Assembly: GCA_044070495.1 (NCBI GenBank)
Contig: JBIPSI010000020.1
Span: 32,001-96,000, forward strand
DNA length: 64,000 nt
From: Spirulina sp.
GTDB taxonomy: Bacteria > Cyanobacteriota > Cyanobacteriia > Phormidesmidales > Phormidesmidaceae
Direction of reading: 5' to 3'
The position numbers were made by a program, and so were the translations under genes. Each line of letters opens with the position of its first letter. Position 1 is the stretch's first letter. Below the pieces are notes generated by a model. The model was not told the origin of the DNA and made no database searches. It saw nothing but the letters and a program-made list of their open reading frames with translations. Positions 20,581 through 30,987 of the stretch are shown here, piece after piece.

Positions 20581-21663
20581 ATGGGTTCTAATAAGTCATT
20601 GTCCCTAGTTATTCCAGCGAGTTTGCCGATGGTTGCCTCCCCCCCCTCTGTTTCCGCCGTTTCCACTGAATCTGCCGCTGTCCTTGGCGTAACGCCCTTT
20701 GATCAGCGGATTGGCCAACCCCTCACCAAGCTGCCGATTACGGTGCTGCAAATTAACCTAGGGCGGCGCTGCAACCTGGCCTGCACCCATTGCCATGTAG
20801 AAGCAGGGCCAAAGCGCACGGAGGAACTCTCGGCAACGGTGTGCGACCAGCTCATTGAGGTGATTCGCCGCTATCCGCAACTTGCCACGGTAGATTTGAC
20901 CGGTGGTGCCCCAGAGATGAACCACGGCTTTCGGCCCATCGTAGAGGCGGCCAGGGCGGCGGGCAAAACCGTGATGGTGCGCACGAATTTGACCATCTTT
21001 TTTGAACCGGGCTATGGCGACCTGCCGGACTATTTCGCCCACCATCAGCTTCAGGTAGTGGCTTCGATGCCCTGCTACCTAGAAAACAACGTTAACCAGC
21101 AGCGCGGATCGGGGGTCTACGATGCTTCGGTGCGGGCCTTGCAATGGCTCAACCAACTGGGCTATGGCCAAGACCCCAACCTGCGGCTAGATTTGGTCTA
21201 CAACCCCCCCGTGCCCCGCTCCGCCGAGTTCTCCCTCACCCCGCCCCAGGCCCAGCTCGAGGAAGACTATCGCGCCTACCTGAAAACCCACTTCGGCATT
21301 GCCTTCAACCAGCTCTATACCCTCACCAACCTGCCCATTGGCCGCGTCAAACAAGCGCTAATGGCTCAGGATCTCCATGAACCCTACCTTCAGTTCCTCT
21401 CGCTGCACCATAATGACGCCACCGTGGCTAATGTCATGTGCCGCAACCAGCTTTCCGTGGATTACCTAGGAAATCTCTACGACTGCGACTTTAACCAAAT
21501 GGAAGGGGTGCCCTGCCGCCTGCCCAACGGTCAACCCTTCACCGTGGCAGATTTGCTAACGGAAGCGGGATTAGATCAGCTTCAAACGGTGCAAACGCGG
21601 CCCTACTGCTATGGCTGCACGGCGGGCAGCGGATCTAGCTGTGGCGGTGCGTTGGTGGATTGA
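20581..21663 (+). CDS. arsS: arsenosugar biosynthesis radical SAM protein ArsS-like
   Basis: LQINLGRRCNLACTHCHVEAGP, DLTGGAPE, C-terminal CYGCTAGSGSSCGG; the start may be 20629. Confidence 0.85.
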   Translation: MGSNKSLSLVIPASLPMVASPPSVSAVSTESAAVLGVTPFDQRIGQPLTKLPITVLQINLGRRCNLACTHCHVEAGPKRTEELSATVCDQLIEVIRRYPQLATVDLTGGAPEMNHGFRPIVEAARAAGKTVMVRTNLTIFFEPGYGDLPDYFAHHQLQVVASMPCYLENNVNQQRGSGVYDASVRALQWLNQLGYGQDPNLRLDLVYNPPVPRSAEFSLTPPQAQLEEDYRAYLKTHFGIAFNQLYTLTNLPIGRVKQALMAQDLHEPYLQFLSLHHNDATVANVMCRNQLSVDYLGNLYDCDFNQMEGVPCRLPNGQPFTVADLLTEAGLDQLQTVQTRPYCYGCTAGSGSSCGGALVD

Positions 21664-21674
21664 GTATTGACCCA

Positions 21675-24600
21675 TCAGGAGGGGGTCGTTAGCTGAGCTT
21701 GCCATAGGGCCATCGCCATCTGGTTCAATAGGGTTTCTGCGTCAAAGGGCTTATCCAAAAAGGCGTTGGCCCCCAAGGCTCGGGCGAGGGTTTCGTGGCT
21801 GGGAATACCGCTAAAGGCGACGATCGGCACCTCGGTATTGTGGGCGCGTAGGATTTCGATCAAGGTTAGGCCGTCTACGACGGGCATCATGATGTCGGTC
21901 ATGACGAGCTGAATGGTGTCTTGGTGCTGTTGGTACAGTGCTAGGGCGGCGGCCCCATCCTCGGCCAGGATGAGGTGATAGTGGTGGCTTTCGAGGAGCG
22001 AACGCAACATTTCGCGCAGGATTTCTTCGTCCTCCGCCAGCAGCACCGTTGCCCCTGGGGGGCTGGGGAGGATGGGCCGTGGCGAGGCTTCCTCATCTCC
22101 GGGGACAGGGTCGGCAACCTGGGGAAGGTATATCTGAAACCGGGTACCCTGGCCCACTTCGCTCCAAACCTGTAAAAAGCCGCCGCTGTCCTTCACCAAT
22201 TCGCGCACGGTGGCCAAACCCAAGCCGGTGCCCTGTTTGGGGGCTTTGGTGGTAAAAAACGGTTCAAACATCCGCCTTTGCACCTCAGGGGTAATGCCGA
22301 TGCCGGTGTCGGCCACGGTAATCACCAGGTAGGGGCCACTATGGGCCTCTGGAATTTGGCTGGCCATGGCCTCGTCCACCTGGGTTTGGGCCACCGCCAG
22401 GGTGAGGGTGCCGCCCTTGGGCATGGCGTCGCGGGCGTTGACGCATAGGTTGAGGAGGATCTGGTGCAGGTAGGTGGGGTCGGCCATAATTCTGCCCAGG
22501 GGCGCGGTAACGGGGTCTGATGGGGGCAAACTAGCCTGAATTCGGATAGATTTCGGAAAACTTTGCTGAATTAGCGCAATTTCCTCCCATAGCAATGCCA
22601 CCGGATCGACAGGGATGGGATCGCCGTTGGGGGCGCGGGTGACCGCCAGAATTTGTTTAACTAGGTTGGCTCCCCGTTGGGCACTCCGTTCGATTAGGGC
22701 GAGTTGATCCTGCCCCTTGTCGTCTAGCCCTGGCTGGGTCTGCCCCAGGTTTTGGGCCATGGTCAAAATGGGGGTGAGGACGTTGTTGAGGTCGTGGGCG
22801 ATGCCGCTGGCCAAGGTGCCCAGATTCTCTAGCCATTGGGCATGGTAAAACTGGGCTTCCATCGCCTTCCGTTCAGTGATGTCGGTGGAGATGCCGCCGA
22901 GGGCGTAGGGTTGGCCCTCGGCATCGTAGAGGGGAAACTTGACGGTGATGTAGCTGTGATTACCATCGGCAAGGGGAACCGTCTCCTCAACTTGCAGCCG
23001 TTGGCCCGTGTCTAGCACCGTGTGGTTTTGAGCAGCAAAGAGATCGGCGGTCTTGGTGGGCCACACCCCATGGATGGGCTTGCCGATCAGGGCTTCTGGC
23101 GTGGTCGCGAGCTGTTGGGCATAGCTCTGGTTGACCAGCAGATGCCGGTTCTGCCTATCGATGAGATAAATGATGGCAGGGGAGTTGTCTAGAATGGCCT
23201 GGAGCCGTCGCTCACTGGCCCGCAGAGCCTGTTCGGTGGTGCGCCGTTCAGTGATGTCTACGGCGGTGCAGACATGGCCAATAATTTCTTGGTGGCTGGC
23301 CTGAATGGGGGCAAAACCCATGGAAATCCAGCGAATGGTTCCGGTTGGGGTTAGCAGCCGAACGTCGGGCGGGCTTTGGAGGTCGTCACCTTCTAAATAA
23401 CTGGCCCAGGCGGTGGATAGGGCCTCATAATCGTCGGGATGAACGCTATGAAGCCAGCCAGCCCCCAGGCAGTCTTCGTAGCTAAACCCTGAGAGTTCGC
23501 ACCAGCGGGGGTTGACGTATAGGCAAACGCCATCGGCATTGGTCTGACAAATGCCAATGGGGGCCGCTGTACTGAGGGAACGAAAGCGGGCCTCACTTTC
23601 CTCCAGCACCGTCTGCATGGCCTCCCGTGCAGCGAGCTCGTTGCGGGCCTGGGCGTAGAGTTCAGACTGGTGGATGGCAATGCCCACCTGGGTAGTCAAC
23701 CGCTTCAGCAGGGCAATGTCTGAACCTTGCCACTGGCGCGGGGCATCACACTGATGGGCGATCAACAATCCCCAAAGGATCTTTCCCCTAAAAATCGGTA
23801 CGGCCAAACTAGCCTGCACCTGAAACTGCTGCAACAGATCCACGTAGCAAGGTTCTAAACCGGGCTGACGAATGTCGTCTAAGACCGCCACATGGCCCCG
23901 GCGAAAGGGTTCAATTAAGCGATCAGCAAAGCAGGGGTCGGCAATGGTCGTGGACTGAATCGCTGTCCACCCATCGCCCACCGATTCCATCACCACATCG
24001 CCCTGCCAGTTGGGCCAAAAGCGAAAAATGACGACGCGATCACAACTCAGCCAATCTCGCACCCGATTCACCGCCGTGCAGAGTACCTGGCTAAGATCGA
24101 GGGACTGGCGAATTTCCTGGGCAATGTCGCCCAGCAAATACTCCTGGCGAATTTGCTGCTCTAGGGTAAGGGCAGCCACCTTACGATCGGTGACATCGCT
24201 AAATAAGACAGCCGCCTGGCGGGTTCTCCCATCGCCAATCCGCGAGACATAGGACGAATACCAGCGTTTGGTGTGTTCGTTATAGTTCTCTAGGCGAATG
24301 GGCTGCCCGGTCCGCACAACTTGCTCGTAGACGGCAAGGCAGTGGGCGTTTGTGGTTGGCGTAATCTCGCCGCCCAACCGACCCACGACGTTTTTTAAAC
24401 CGGTCTGCCGTTCAAAGGCTGGGTTGACTTCCATAAAGCGGTAATCCACTGGATTACCAGCTTCGTCCTCAATCAACTCGATAATACAGAAGCCCTCATC
24501 CATCAAATTAAATAAAGATTGATACCTGGCTTCCGAAACCTGAAGGGTCTGTTCGGCGTAGGCCCGTTCGATGCGGGGAAAGGTGCGGTTGGCCACCTCT

Positions 24601-25463
24601 TGAATCAGATCAATCTCATCGTTACGCCAGCGGCGGACGGCGGAATCACCGACTACAAACAGGTATTTCCAAACCCCTTGGCGATGAAAGGGCACGGCAA
24701 TGTAGGCATAGGCCTTGAGGGCAGCGTAGCGCTGGCTATCGACGCGAGGATCGCTCTGGGTATCGTTGATGATAATGGGGTCTCCGGCCCGTGCCGCCCG
24801 CCGGAAATCTTCGTTGATAAAGTCGGAGAGACAATATCTCCCCGCCACCTCTGGGGTATCGGCGGTGTGCCAGGCGTGGTAAGCCATCGCCTGATCGTGT
24901 TCCTCGTCAATTTCAAAAAACAGGCAGGTGGTCGTCGCTAGATACGCGCCTACCTTTGCGCCGATGGCCTGCATAATGTCCTGGGCGGTCGAAAGCCGAG
25001 AAAAGTCATCCTCAAGGCTGGCAAAAAAGACCAGGTGCGCGGCGATGCTTTTGAGATCCGGCACCGTATCCACCGTGAGAAGACGGCCTGAGGCTGCCCC
25101 AGAGGACGGCGCAGCAACCACTTCTCCATACTGCGGATTGAGCTGATACCCCCGCCGAGGCACCGTTTTCACCAGGTCTGCCGGGGCACCGTGCTCGCAA
25201 AGCACCCGGCGCAACCGCTGGATCTGGGTACGAATCTCGCTATCCCTGGGAGGAGCTAAGCCACCCCAGCCGCGCTCTGCCATGGCGTGGGCACTCAGAA
25301 TGGCGGGAGCCCAACGCAGCAAGATTTCCAGCAGCCGGTATTGCAGAGGCGTTAAGGGCAGATCTGTCTCACCATAGCTCACCTGTAGCTGGCTAGGATC
25401 TAAGCACAGGGAACCCCATCTCAACACCGGGGACTTTAGCTGATTAGAACGATGATTCTGCAT
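21675..25463 (-). CDS. hybrid sensor kinase: wHTH-GAF-PAS-CBCR GAF-PAS-PAS-HisKA-HATPase-REC
   Basis: OmpR-type wHTH (LTPLQYRLLE...KTVPRRGY), DPCF and PCY in the second GAF, GIAHDLNN, N/G boxes, C-terminal receiver (MTDIMMP). Confidence 0.92.
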   Translation of the reverse strand: MQNHRSNQLKSPVLRWGSLCLDPSQLQVSYGETDLPLTPLQYRLLEILLRWAPAILSAHAMAERGWGGLAPPRDSEIRTQIQRLRRVLCEHGAPADLVKTVPRRGYQLNPQYGEVVAAPSSGAASGRLLTVDTVPDLKSIAAHLVFFASLEDDFSRLSTAQDIMQAIGAKVGAYLATTTCLFFEIDEEHDQAMAYHAWHTADTPEVAGRYCLSDFINEDFRRAARAGDPIIINDTQSDPRVDSQRYAALKAYAYIAVPFHRQGVWKYLFVVGDSAVRRWRNDEIDLIQEVANRTFPRIERAYAEQTLQVSEARYQSLFNLMDEGFCIIELIEDEAGNPVDYRFMEVNPAFERQTGLKNVVGRLGGEITPTTNAHCLAVYEQVVRTGQPIRLENYNEHTKRWYSSYVSRIGDGRTRQAAVLFSDVTDRKVAALTLEQQIRQEYLLGDIAQEIRQSLDLSQVLCTAVNRVRDWLSCDRVVIFRFWPNWQGDVVMESVGDGWTAIQSTTIADPCFADRLIEPFRRGHVAVLDDIRQPGLEPCYVDLLQQFQVQASLAVPIFRGKILWGLLIAHQCDAPRQWQGSDIALLKRLTTQVGIAIHQSELYAQARNELAAREAMQTVLEESEARFRSLSTAAPIGICQTNADGVCLYVNPRWCELSGFSYEDCLGAGWLHSVHPDDYEALSTAWASYLEGDDLQSPPDVRLLTPTGTIRWISMGFAPIQASHQEIIGHVCTAVDITERRTTEQALRASERRLQAILDNSPAIIYLIDRQNRHLLVNQSYAQQLATTPEALIGKPIHGVWPTKTADLFAAQNHTVLDTGQRLQVEETVPLADGNHSYITVKFPLYDAEGQPYALGGISTDITERKAMEAQFYHAQWLENLGTLASGIAHDLNNVLTPILTMAQNLGQTQPGLDDKGQDQLALIERSAQRGANLVKQILAVTRAPNGDPIPVDPVALLWEEIALIQQSFPKSIRIQASLPPSDPVTAPLGRIMADPTYLHQILLNLCVNARDAMPKGGTLTLAVAQTQVDEAMASQIPEAHSGPYLVITVADTGIGITPEVQRRMFEPFFTTKAPKQGTGLGLATVRELVKDSGGFLQVWSEVGQGTRFQIYLPQVADPVPGDEEASPRPILPSPPGATVLLAEDEEILREMLRSLLESHHYHLILAEDGAAALALYQQHQDTIQLVMTDIMMPVVDGLTLIEILRAHNTEVPIVAFSGIPSHETLARALGANAFLDKPFDAETLLNQMAMALWQAQLTTPS

Positions 25464-26139
25464 GACAACGAGTTCGGATTTTCAGCGGAACTTAAACAAC
25501 GGTTCACCCCATTGATGAAAGAAACGCAAGCTATTAGAGTACCTATCGAAGGTTTATTGCCGACTCTTCAAGACAGGCGCGATCACCCGTTTTTAGGTTT
25601 TTCTGCCACGCCCTGCATTTCTCTCAATGATAACCTCCTTCACAAATTCCTTACAAGTATCTTGCATAATCTTAAAGAAGAAAGTAGTTCACCTTTTAAG
25701 GGCAGATAATGTAAAGCTATATAAACGCCATTGTCCTGATGGGTTCGATTGAGAAAAATAAATTTTGAATAAATTTCAGGTGTTTTGTAAGTCTCGTTAG
25801 ATTCACACTTTTAGATCATCACAGTTTTAGATCAATAGAGTTTGCATCCTATCATCAGGCAAGGTTAACAAAAATGAACATAGCATCAACCATAAAATCA
25901 AGATCTTTTCACATGTCTTGCCAGCGATGCAAATACTATCAACACCAAGGCAGACGGGGTGGGCAGTGTCATCGGCTCGATGTACCCGTTAAAGCCGATT
26001 GGCGTGCCTGTTCCTTAGCTATTTCTGTATTTTTAGCCGCCTAGGATCGGTCTATTCTTCCTGATTGACTGGCAAAACTTGCCAGAACTGCCACAGGCTC
26101 AGGAAACTTAATCCCCTGATTGCCTGACACATCTTCTAT

Positions 26140-26224
26140 GTAGGTTAGGTGCAGCGATGCGGAACCCAACACTCGCCGAGGATTTCGAGCTTGTTGGGTT
26201 CTGCTATCGCGCCGTCCAACCTAC
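26140..26224. repeat. GTAG-type REP doublet (second copy)
   Basis: Same length as 20050-20134 and shares GCTTGTTGGGTTCTGCTATCGCGCC. Confidence 0.85.
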
Positions 26225-26449
26225 CGAACGATACCTGAGACAACCCTTTTCAAACCCCCTCAAAGAGACTCATTCATTGACACAAAACCTTAGCGAAATG
26301 GAAGGTGGCGAATGGCCTACTACCTTTCTACAAGTACCTTGACAGCGCATAGCCAAGCGCATTCTTCTTCTTAGGTTCTTGTATATCTAAGGACATTTTT
26401 CGGTTACCATATCCCTTACATTTTTTCTTTGTTGCCCCCGGTATTCGAT

Positions 26450-26752
26450 ATGATCATCTCTTTAAGTTCCATCACCCATCGAACCAGTCAACTTTTCAGC
26501 CAATCAGGCTCAGCCCTGAAGCAATTTTTGAGGCCCCAACAGCCTTGGTGGGTGAAAATTCACACTCAAAACCCAACCTATACCTACTACTTTGGGCCTT
26601 TTGATGGTAAGGCAGAGGCTATGGTGGCACAGGCAGGCTACGTTGAAGACTTAGAGCAGGAAAATGCTCAGAATATTCGGCTTGAAGTGAATCAATTTTC
26701 TCCCCAGCAGCTAACGATTGATGAAGACGTGCTATCTCCGCTAGCTCGCTGA
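26450..26752 (+). CDS. DUF1816 family protein
   Basis: WWVKIHTQNPTYTYYFGPF...GYVEDLEQENAQ. Confidence 0.88.
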   Translation: MIISLSSITHRTSQLFSQSGSALKQFLRPQQPWWVKIHTQNPTYTYYFGPFDGKAEAMVAQAGYVEDLEQENAQNIRLEVNQFSPQQLTIDEDVLSPLAR

Positions 26753-26854
26753 GTAACCAGCAATTCTCAGTATGACTAGGCTGGTGAATAAAATACCGCT
26801 CAGGCTGAGGGCGAACGGCCAATTTGCCAAAATGAGAATTGCTGCTGAGTAACA

Positions 26855-27052
26855 AACCTGAGTTCGGGTTAAGCTCAGCAGCCCTATGCCCTGGCAGCCC
26901 TCACCCCCAGCCCCTCTCCCACGAGGAGAGGGGAGCTAGAAAGGCTCAAAGTCCCTCTCCCTTGGGGAGAGGGATTTAGGGTGAGGGCTGAAGTACAAGC
27001 TGGCAGTAGGTTTCTCAAGATTGAAGTGTTTGGCTTATCCCGAACTGAGGTT
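26855..27052. mobile_element. MITE, 198 bp, 20-bp imperfect TIRs, AACA flanking duplication
   Basis: AACCTGAGTTCGGGTTAAGC / GCTTATCCCGAACTGAGGTT (18/20); AACA at 26851-26854 and 27053-27056; double hairpin at 26897-26988. Confidence 0.8.
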
Positions 27053-27153
27053 AACAAGGTATGCCCAAGGAGGGATTGGGTATCCCCTTGCTACGCCCAG
27101 CATAGCCGCTACCCGCTATCGGCGGCGGCTTGACTATGTCCACGCCATGATGC

Positions 27154-27756
27154 CTACAGTTCAGAGTCAACGGGAAGGCCGCTGGGGGTTTGAAGGGAGC
27201 GACCATCCACAGGGGTGGCCACTGGCGCAGGGATCGGGAAGGCGGGTTCATCGATGGCAATGTGAAGGGTCTCGCCGGGAACCCCATGCGGCCCTTGGGC
27301 CACCGACCACCGGGCTGGGCCAGATCCCATGGTGCCCGATAGCAGGTTTAAGACGCCCACAATGGCAACGCCTGCCCCGGCCATGGTAACCATCCGCAGC
27401 CGACGATTGAGGCATTGAAACACCCCGGAGAGGGTGACTTCTGGATCGCAAGGGGTGTTACAGGCATCCTCTCGCAGACCATGGCGCAGCGCCATAAGGC
27501 GGTTGTATAGGCACTTGGCGGTGGGGTCATTGTGGAGCCAAGTTTGGACAAGGCGACGCTCCTCCGGGGTCACTTCCCCATCGAGGTAGGCGCTCAGCAG
27601 TTCAAAGCGATCTCGTTTCATTACATCTAGGTCCGAACACATCGCTACAGCGGAACCGAACCGGGGACTGACTTGGCCGTAGTGGCCCCCGCGACCTTGG
27701 AGTGAAACCGGCGTGTAAGGGGAGGTGGACATACCGAAAACAGCACCTAAAGTCAT
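27154..27756 (-). CDS. anti-sigma factor family protein (zf-HC2-like)
   Basis: RFELLSAYLDGEVTPEERRLV plus TM segment; start uncertain. Confidence 0.8.
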   Translation of the reverse strand: MTLGAVFGMSTSPYTPVSLQGRGGHYGQVSPRFGSAVAMCSDLDVMKRDRFELLSAYLDGEVTPEERRLVQTWLHNDPTAKCLYNRLMALRHGLREDACNTPCDPEVTLSGVFQCLNRRLRMVTMAGAGVAIVGVLNLLSGTMGSGPARWSVAQGPHGVPGETLHIAIDEPAFPIPAPVATPVDGRSLQTPSGLPVDSEL

Positions 27757-28153
27757 GACACTAGACGACAGAGGCGACTCCCAGGTTTCCCAGGCTGGGG
27801 ATCGGGCATTGGCCTATTACATTGAGAAGCCAGAACTGATCATAAGCGGAATTTCTAAAAATCGGTAATCCCCCTTAGAAGAATTCGTTATTTCTTTAGG
27901 GCAGATTGGCAAATCAGCCCTGTCAAGGTAAGAGGGCGTTTACTCCCTGGTGGTCGTGGCCAGAGTCCCTCAGTCTATCGGCGTTTGGGGAATAGTTGAA
28001 CCCCCTTGACAGGGCTGAGATTAGCCAATCTACGAACAGCGCTAGATGGCTTCCACCGGATCCCATCTAGGGCGCAGTCATGGGCCATTTCCTTTGCCGA
28101 GGGGGATGGCCGTGAGCTAGGGTTAGAACCAGTGCTCTCGAACGACTGCCCCT

Positions 28154-29371
28154 GTGATGACTTCCTCCGCCACCCACCCATCGACCGCCGACCTCGACAG
28201 GCTACTTCACCATCGTCAGACCTTTCCCGCCCTTCAGCGGAGCCAGTATTTTAACTACGGTGGCCAAGGCCCCATGGCGACGGTGGCCCTAGAGGCCATG
28301 GCCGAAACCCATCGCCACATTCAAACCGTGGGGCCGTTTTCCAACACGGTGAACCAGTGGATTGGGGCCGAGGCCGCCCGTACCCGTGAGGCCATCGCCG
28401 CCGAGTTGGGCACCACCGCCGCCACCATTACCCTCACCGAAGACGTGACCGTGGGCTGCAATATCCCCCTGTGGGGAATGCCCTGGCAGGCGGGCGACCA
28501 TATTCTGCTGTCCGACTGTGAACACCCTGGGGTGATTGCGGCGGTAGAAGAAATTAGCCGTCGCTACGGCGTCACCCACAGCCCTTGCCCCCTGCTGGAG
28601 ACGGTGAACGGCGGCGACCCGGTGGCGGTGATTGATCGCGCCCTGCAACCCAATACCCGCCTGCTGGTGATCAGCCATGTGTTTTGGAATACGGGCCAAG
28701 TGCTTCCCCTCCAGGCCATCGTGGATCTCTGCCATAGTCGGCCCCAGCCCGTGCGGGTGTTTGTGGATGCGGCCCAGTCGGTGGGGGTGCTGCCCCTGGA
28801 TTTGCCTGCCCTGGGGGTGGATTTCTATGCCTTTACGGGGCATAAGTGGTGGTGTGGGCCGGGGGGATTGGGTGGCTTGTACGTTAGCCCAGCGGCCCTA
28901 GAGGCCATTCATCCCACCTTCATCGGCTGGCGCAGCATCACCACCGATGCCACCGGAAACCCCACGGGGTGGCAGCCCAACGGCCAACGCTTTGAAGTGG
29001 CCACCTCTGACTACGCCCTCCAGGCTGGACTGCGGGCCGCCCTAGCCCACCAGGCCACCTGGGGCACCGCCGAAGAACGCTACCAGCGCATCTGCCAACT
29101 CAGCCAGCGGCTTTGGCAGCAGTTGAACACCCTTCCCCATCTGCGCCCAGTGCGGCAAACGCCCCCCGATTCGGGCCTGATTTCCTTTTGGGTGCTGCAC
29201 AACGGCGAACCCTCCCCCCAACACCACCGGCAACTGGTAAACACCCTAGAATCCGAGGGCATCTTCCTGCGTACCCTGCTGTCGCCCAACTGTGTGCGGG
29301 CCTGCGTCCACTACCTCACCCTAGAATCCGAGGTCGATGCCCTAACGGAACGCTTGCGCCACTCGGTATGA
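28154..29371 (+). CDS. L-cysteine/cystine C-S lyase (C-DES-like), aminotransferase class V
   Basis: [39 protein letters not shown]. Confidence 0.9.
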   Translation: MMTSSATHPSTADLDRLLHHRQTFPALQRSQYFNYGGQGPMATVALEAMAETHRHIQTVGPFSNTVNQWIGAEAARTREAIAAELGTTAATITLTEDVTVGCNIPLWGMPWQAGDHILLSDCEHPGVIAAVEEISRRYGVTHSPCPLLETVNGGDPVAVIDRALQPNTRLLVISHVFWNTGQVLPLQAIVDLCHSRPQPVRVFVDAAQSVGVLPLDLPALGVDFYAFTGHKWWCGPGGLGGLYVSPAALEAIHPTFIGWRSITTDATGNPTGWQPNGQRFEVATSDYALQAGLRAALAHQATWGTAEERYQRICQLSQRLWQQLNTLPHLRPVRQTPPDSGLISFWVLHNGEPSPQHHRQLVNTLESEGIFLRTLLSPNCVRACVHYLTLESEVDALTERLRHSV

Positions 29372-29411
29372 TGGGGCCGATGCCCTCTCCCCGCTGCTCC
29401 CAGCTACTGCC

Positions 29412-29981
29412 ATGTCCCACGACACCACAACGGCTCTGGTTCTCCAGGCCCTCCAGTTTGCGGCTCTCAAACATCGGGATCAACGCCGTAAGGATGCGGC
29501 GGCTTCCCCCTACGTCAACCACCTGATTACCGTGGCGAACCTCTTGGCCAACACCGGGGCCGTCACCGACGCCGTTACCCTGATGGGGGGCATTCTGCAC
29601 GACACCATCGAAGATACTGAAACCACCCCCGACGAGCTAGAGGCCGCCTTTGGCCCAAGGGTGCGCCAGGTGGTGCAGGAGGTCACCGACGATAAGCGCC
29701 TCCCCAAGGCGGATCGCAAGCGAATTCAGATCGAGAAAGCGCCTCACCTGTCTATCCACGCCCGCCAGATCAAGCTGGCCGACAAAATTTCCAATGTGCA
29801 GGATATCACCCACTCCCCCCCAGCCGCCTGGTCGTTGGAACGCTGCCAAGCATACCTAGCCTGGACGGAACAGGTTGTAGCGGGGTGCCGGGGGGCAAAT
29901 CCGGCCCTAGAAGCCCTCTACGACCAAGCCCTAGCGGCAGGCTGGCAGGCCCTAGGGAAGCCTACCCCCACGCCCAATTAG
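29412..29981 (+). CDS. HD-domain (p)ppGpp hydrolase-like protein (Mesh1/SAH type)
   Basis: HRDQRRKD...PYVNH...LHDTIEDT...EVTDDK...IKLADKISN. Confidence 0.9.
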   Translation: MSHDTTTALVLQALQFAALKHRDQRRKDAAASPYVNHLITVANLLANTGAVTDAVTLMGGILHDTIEDTETTPDELEAAFGPRVRQVVQEVTDDKRLPKADRKRIQIEKAPHLSIHARQIKLADKISNVQDITHSPPAAWSLERCQAYLAWTEQVVAGCRGANPALEALYDQALAAGWQALGKPTPTPN

Positions 29982-30107
29982 GCCATCCTAATTCCCCGCC
30001 CGTCACACCGTAGGGGCGAGATCTCCTCGCCCGGTTGAACCGGGGACAAGCCCTCAGGATGTCCTGAGGGAGGCAGGACGCCATGGCTTTGAACAGGGCT
30101 TGATCAT

Positions 30108-30143
30108 AAAAAAGACGCTTGATCGCCTTGAGATCAAACGTCT
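30108..30143 (-). terminator. intrinsic terminator
   Basis: Minus strand GACGTTTGATC-loop-GATCAAGCGTC-TTTTTT. Confidence 0.8.
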
Positions 30144-30544
30144 ATAGCTGGAGATAAAGCCTGAGCTTAGAAAGCACGGGTTTCTTTCACCTGGAGCAAC
30201 AGGGCCAAGACACAGTCCCTAGGGCCGCTAGCGCAGGGCTTGGGTTCCATGCTGTAGCCATTATGGGGATGGTTAGGCCGAGAAGCAAACGACAGGCCGT
30301 CAAAGATTTCTAACCCGACAACTGCCCCTGCCGTTGGGATTTGGGGTATATCGAGGGGGTGGGCTGCGGATTGGGTTGTCGCGAACCCTGGGTAGCGATC
30401 CCTTGTCAAATAGCCCCTATTCAATAAACTATGGATATCGTCAAGGCAAAGCATGTTTGGTCTTGGCTGTGGGGCTGTCGGTGCCCTAGCCGATACCACC
30501 TCGGCTAAAGACGTTGTTTCGTACCCTGTCACCCTGCCTGAACC

Positions 30545-30985
30545 ATGGCTCCCCTTCCCTTGTCTCGTCCCCACCAGTTGACCCTTGGCCCCCTAGAACA
30601 GGAAATTTTGTCCATTCTGTGGCAGCGAGGTTCCGCCACGGTGAAGGACATTTTGGAAGAGATTTTGACAGATCTAGATCGCGATCTCAGCCAAGCTACG
30701 GTGACGACGGTGTTGCAGCGTCTCGCCAAAAAGGGTTGGGTGCGCCGAGAGCCAATCACCTTCTCCAGCCTGAAAGGCCGAAAGGGCTACGTGTGGCACC
30801 CCCAGGTGAGCCAGCAGGAAGCTAGGATGCTGCAATCCCACCGACAGCTTGAAGAATTCTTGGCCATCAGCAACCCAGACCTTGTCGCCGCCTTTGCTGA
30901 TAGCCTAGATGCCACGGCCCTAGACCGCTTGGAAGCCATTGCCCGTCGTCTGCGGGATATCCGCGCCACCCAGGAGGATGCCTAA
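30545..30985 (+). CDS. BlaI/MecI/CopY family repressor
   Basis: LGPLEQEILSILWQRGSATVKDI...TVTTVLQRLAKKGW. Confidence 0.92.
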   Translation: MAPLPLSRPHQLTLGPLEQEILSILWQRGSATVKDILEEILTDLDRDLSQATVTTVLQRLAKKGWVRREPITFSSLKGRKGYVWHPQVSQQEARMLQSHRQLEEFLAISNPDLVAAFADSLDATALDRLEAIARRLRDIRATQEDA

Positions 30986-30987
30986 CC

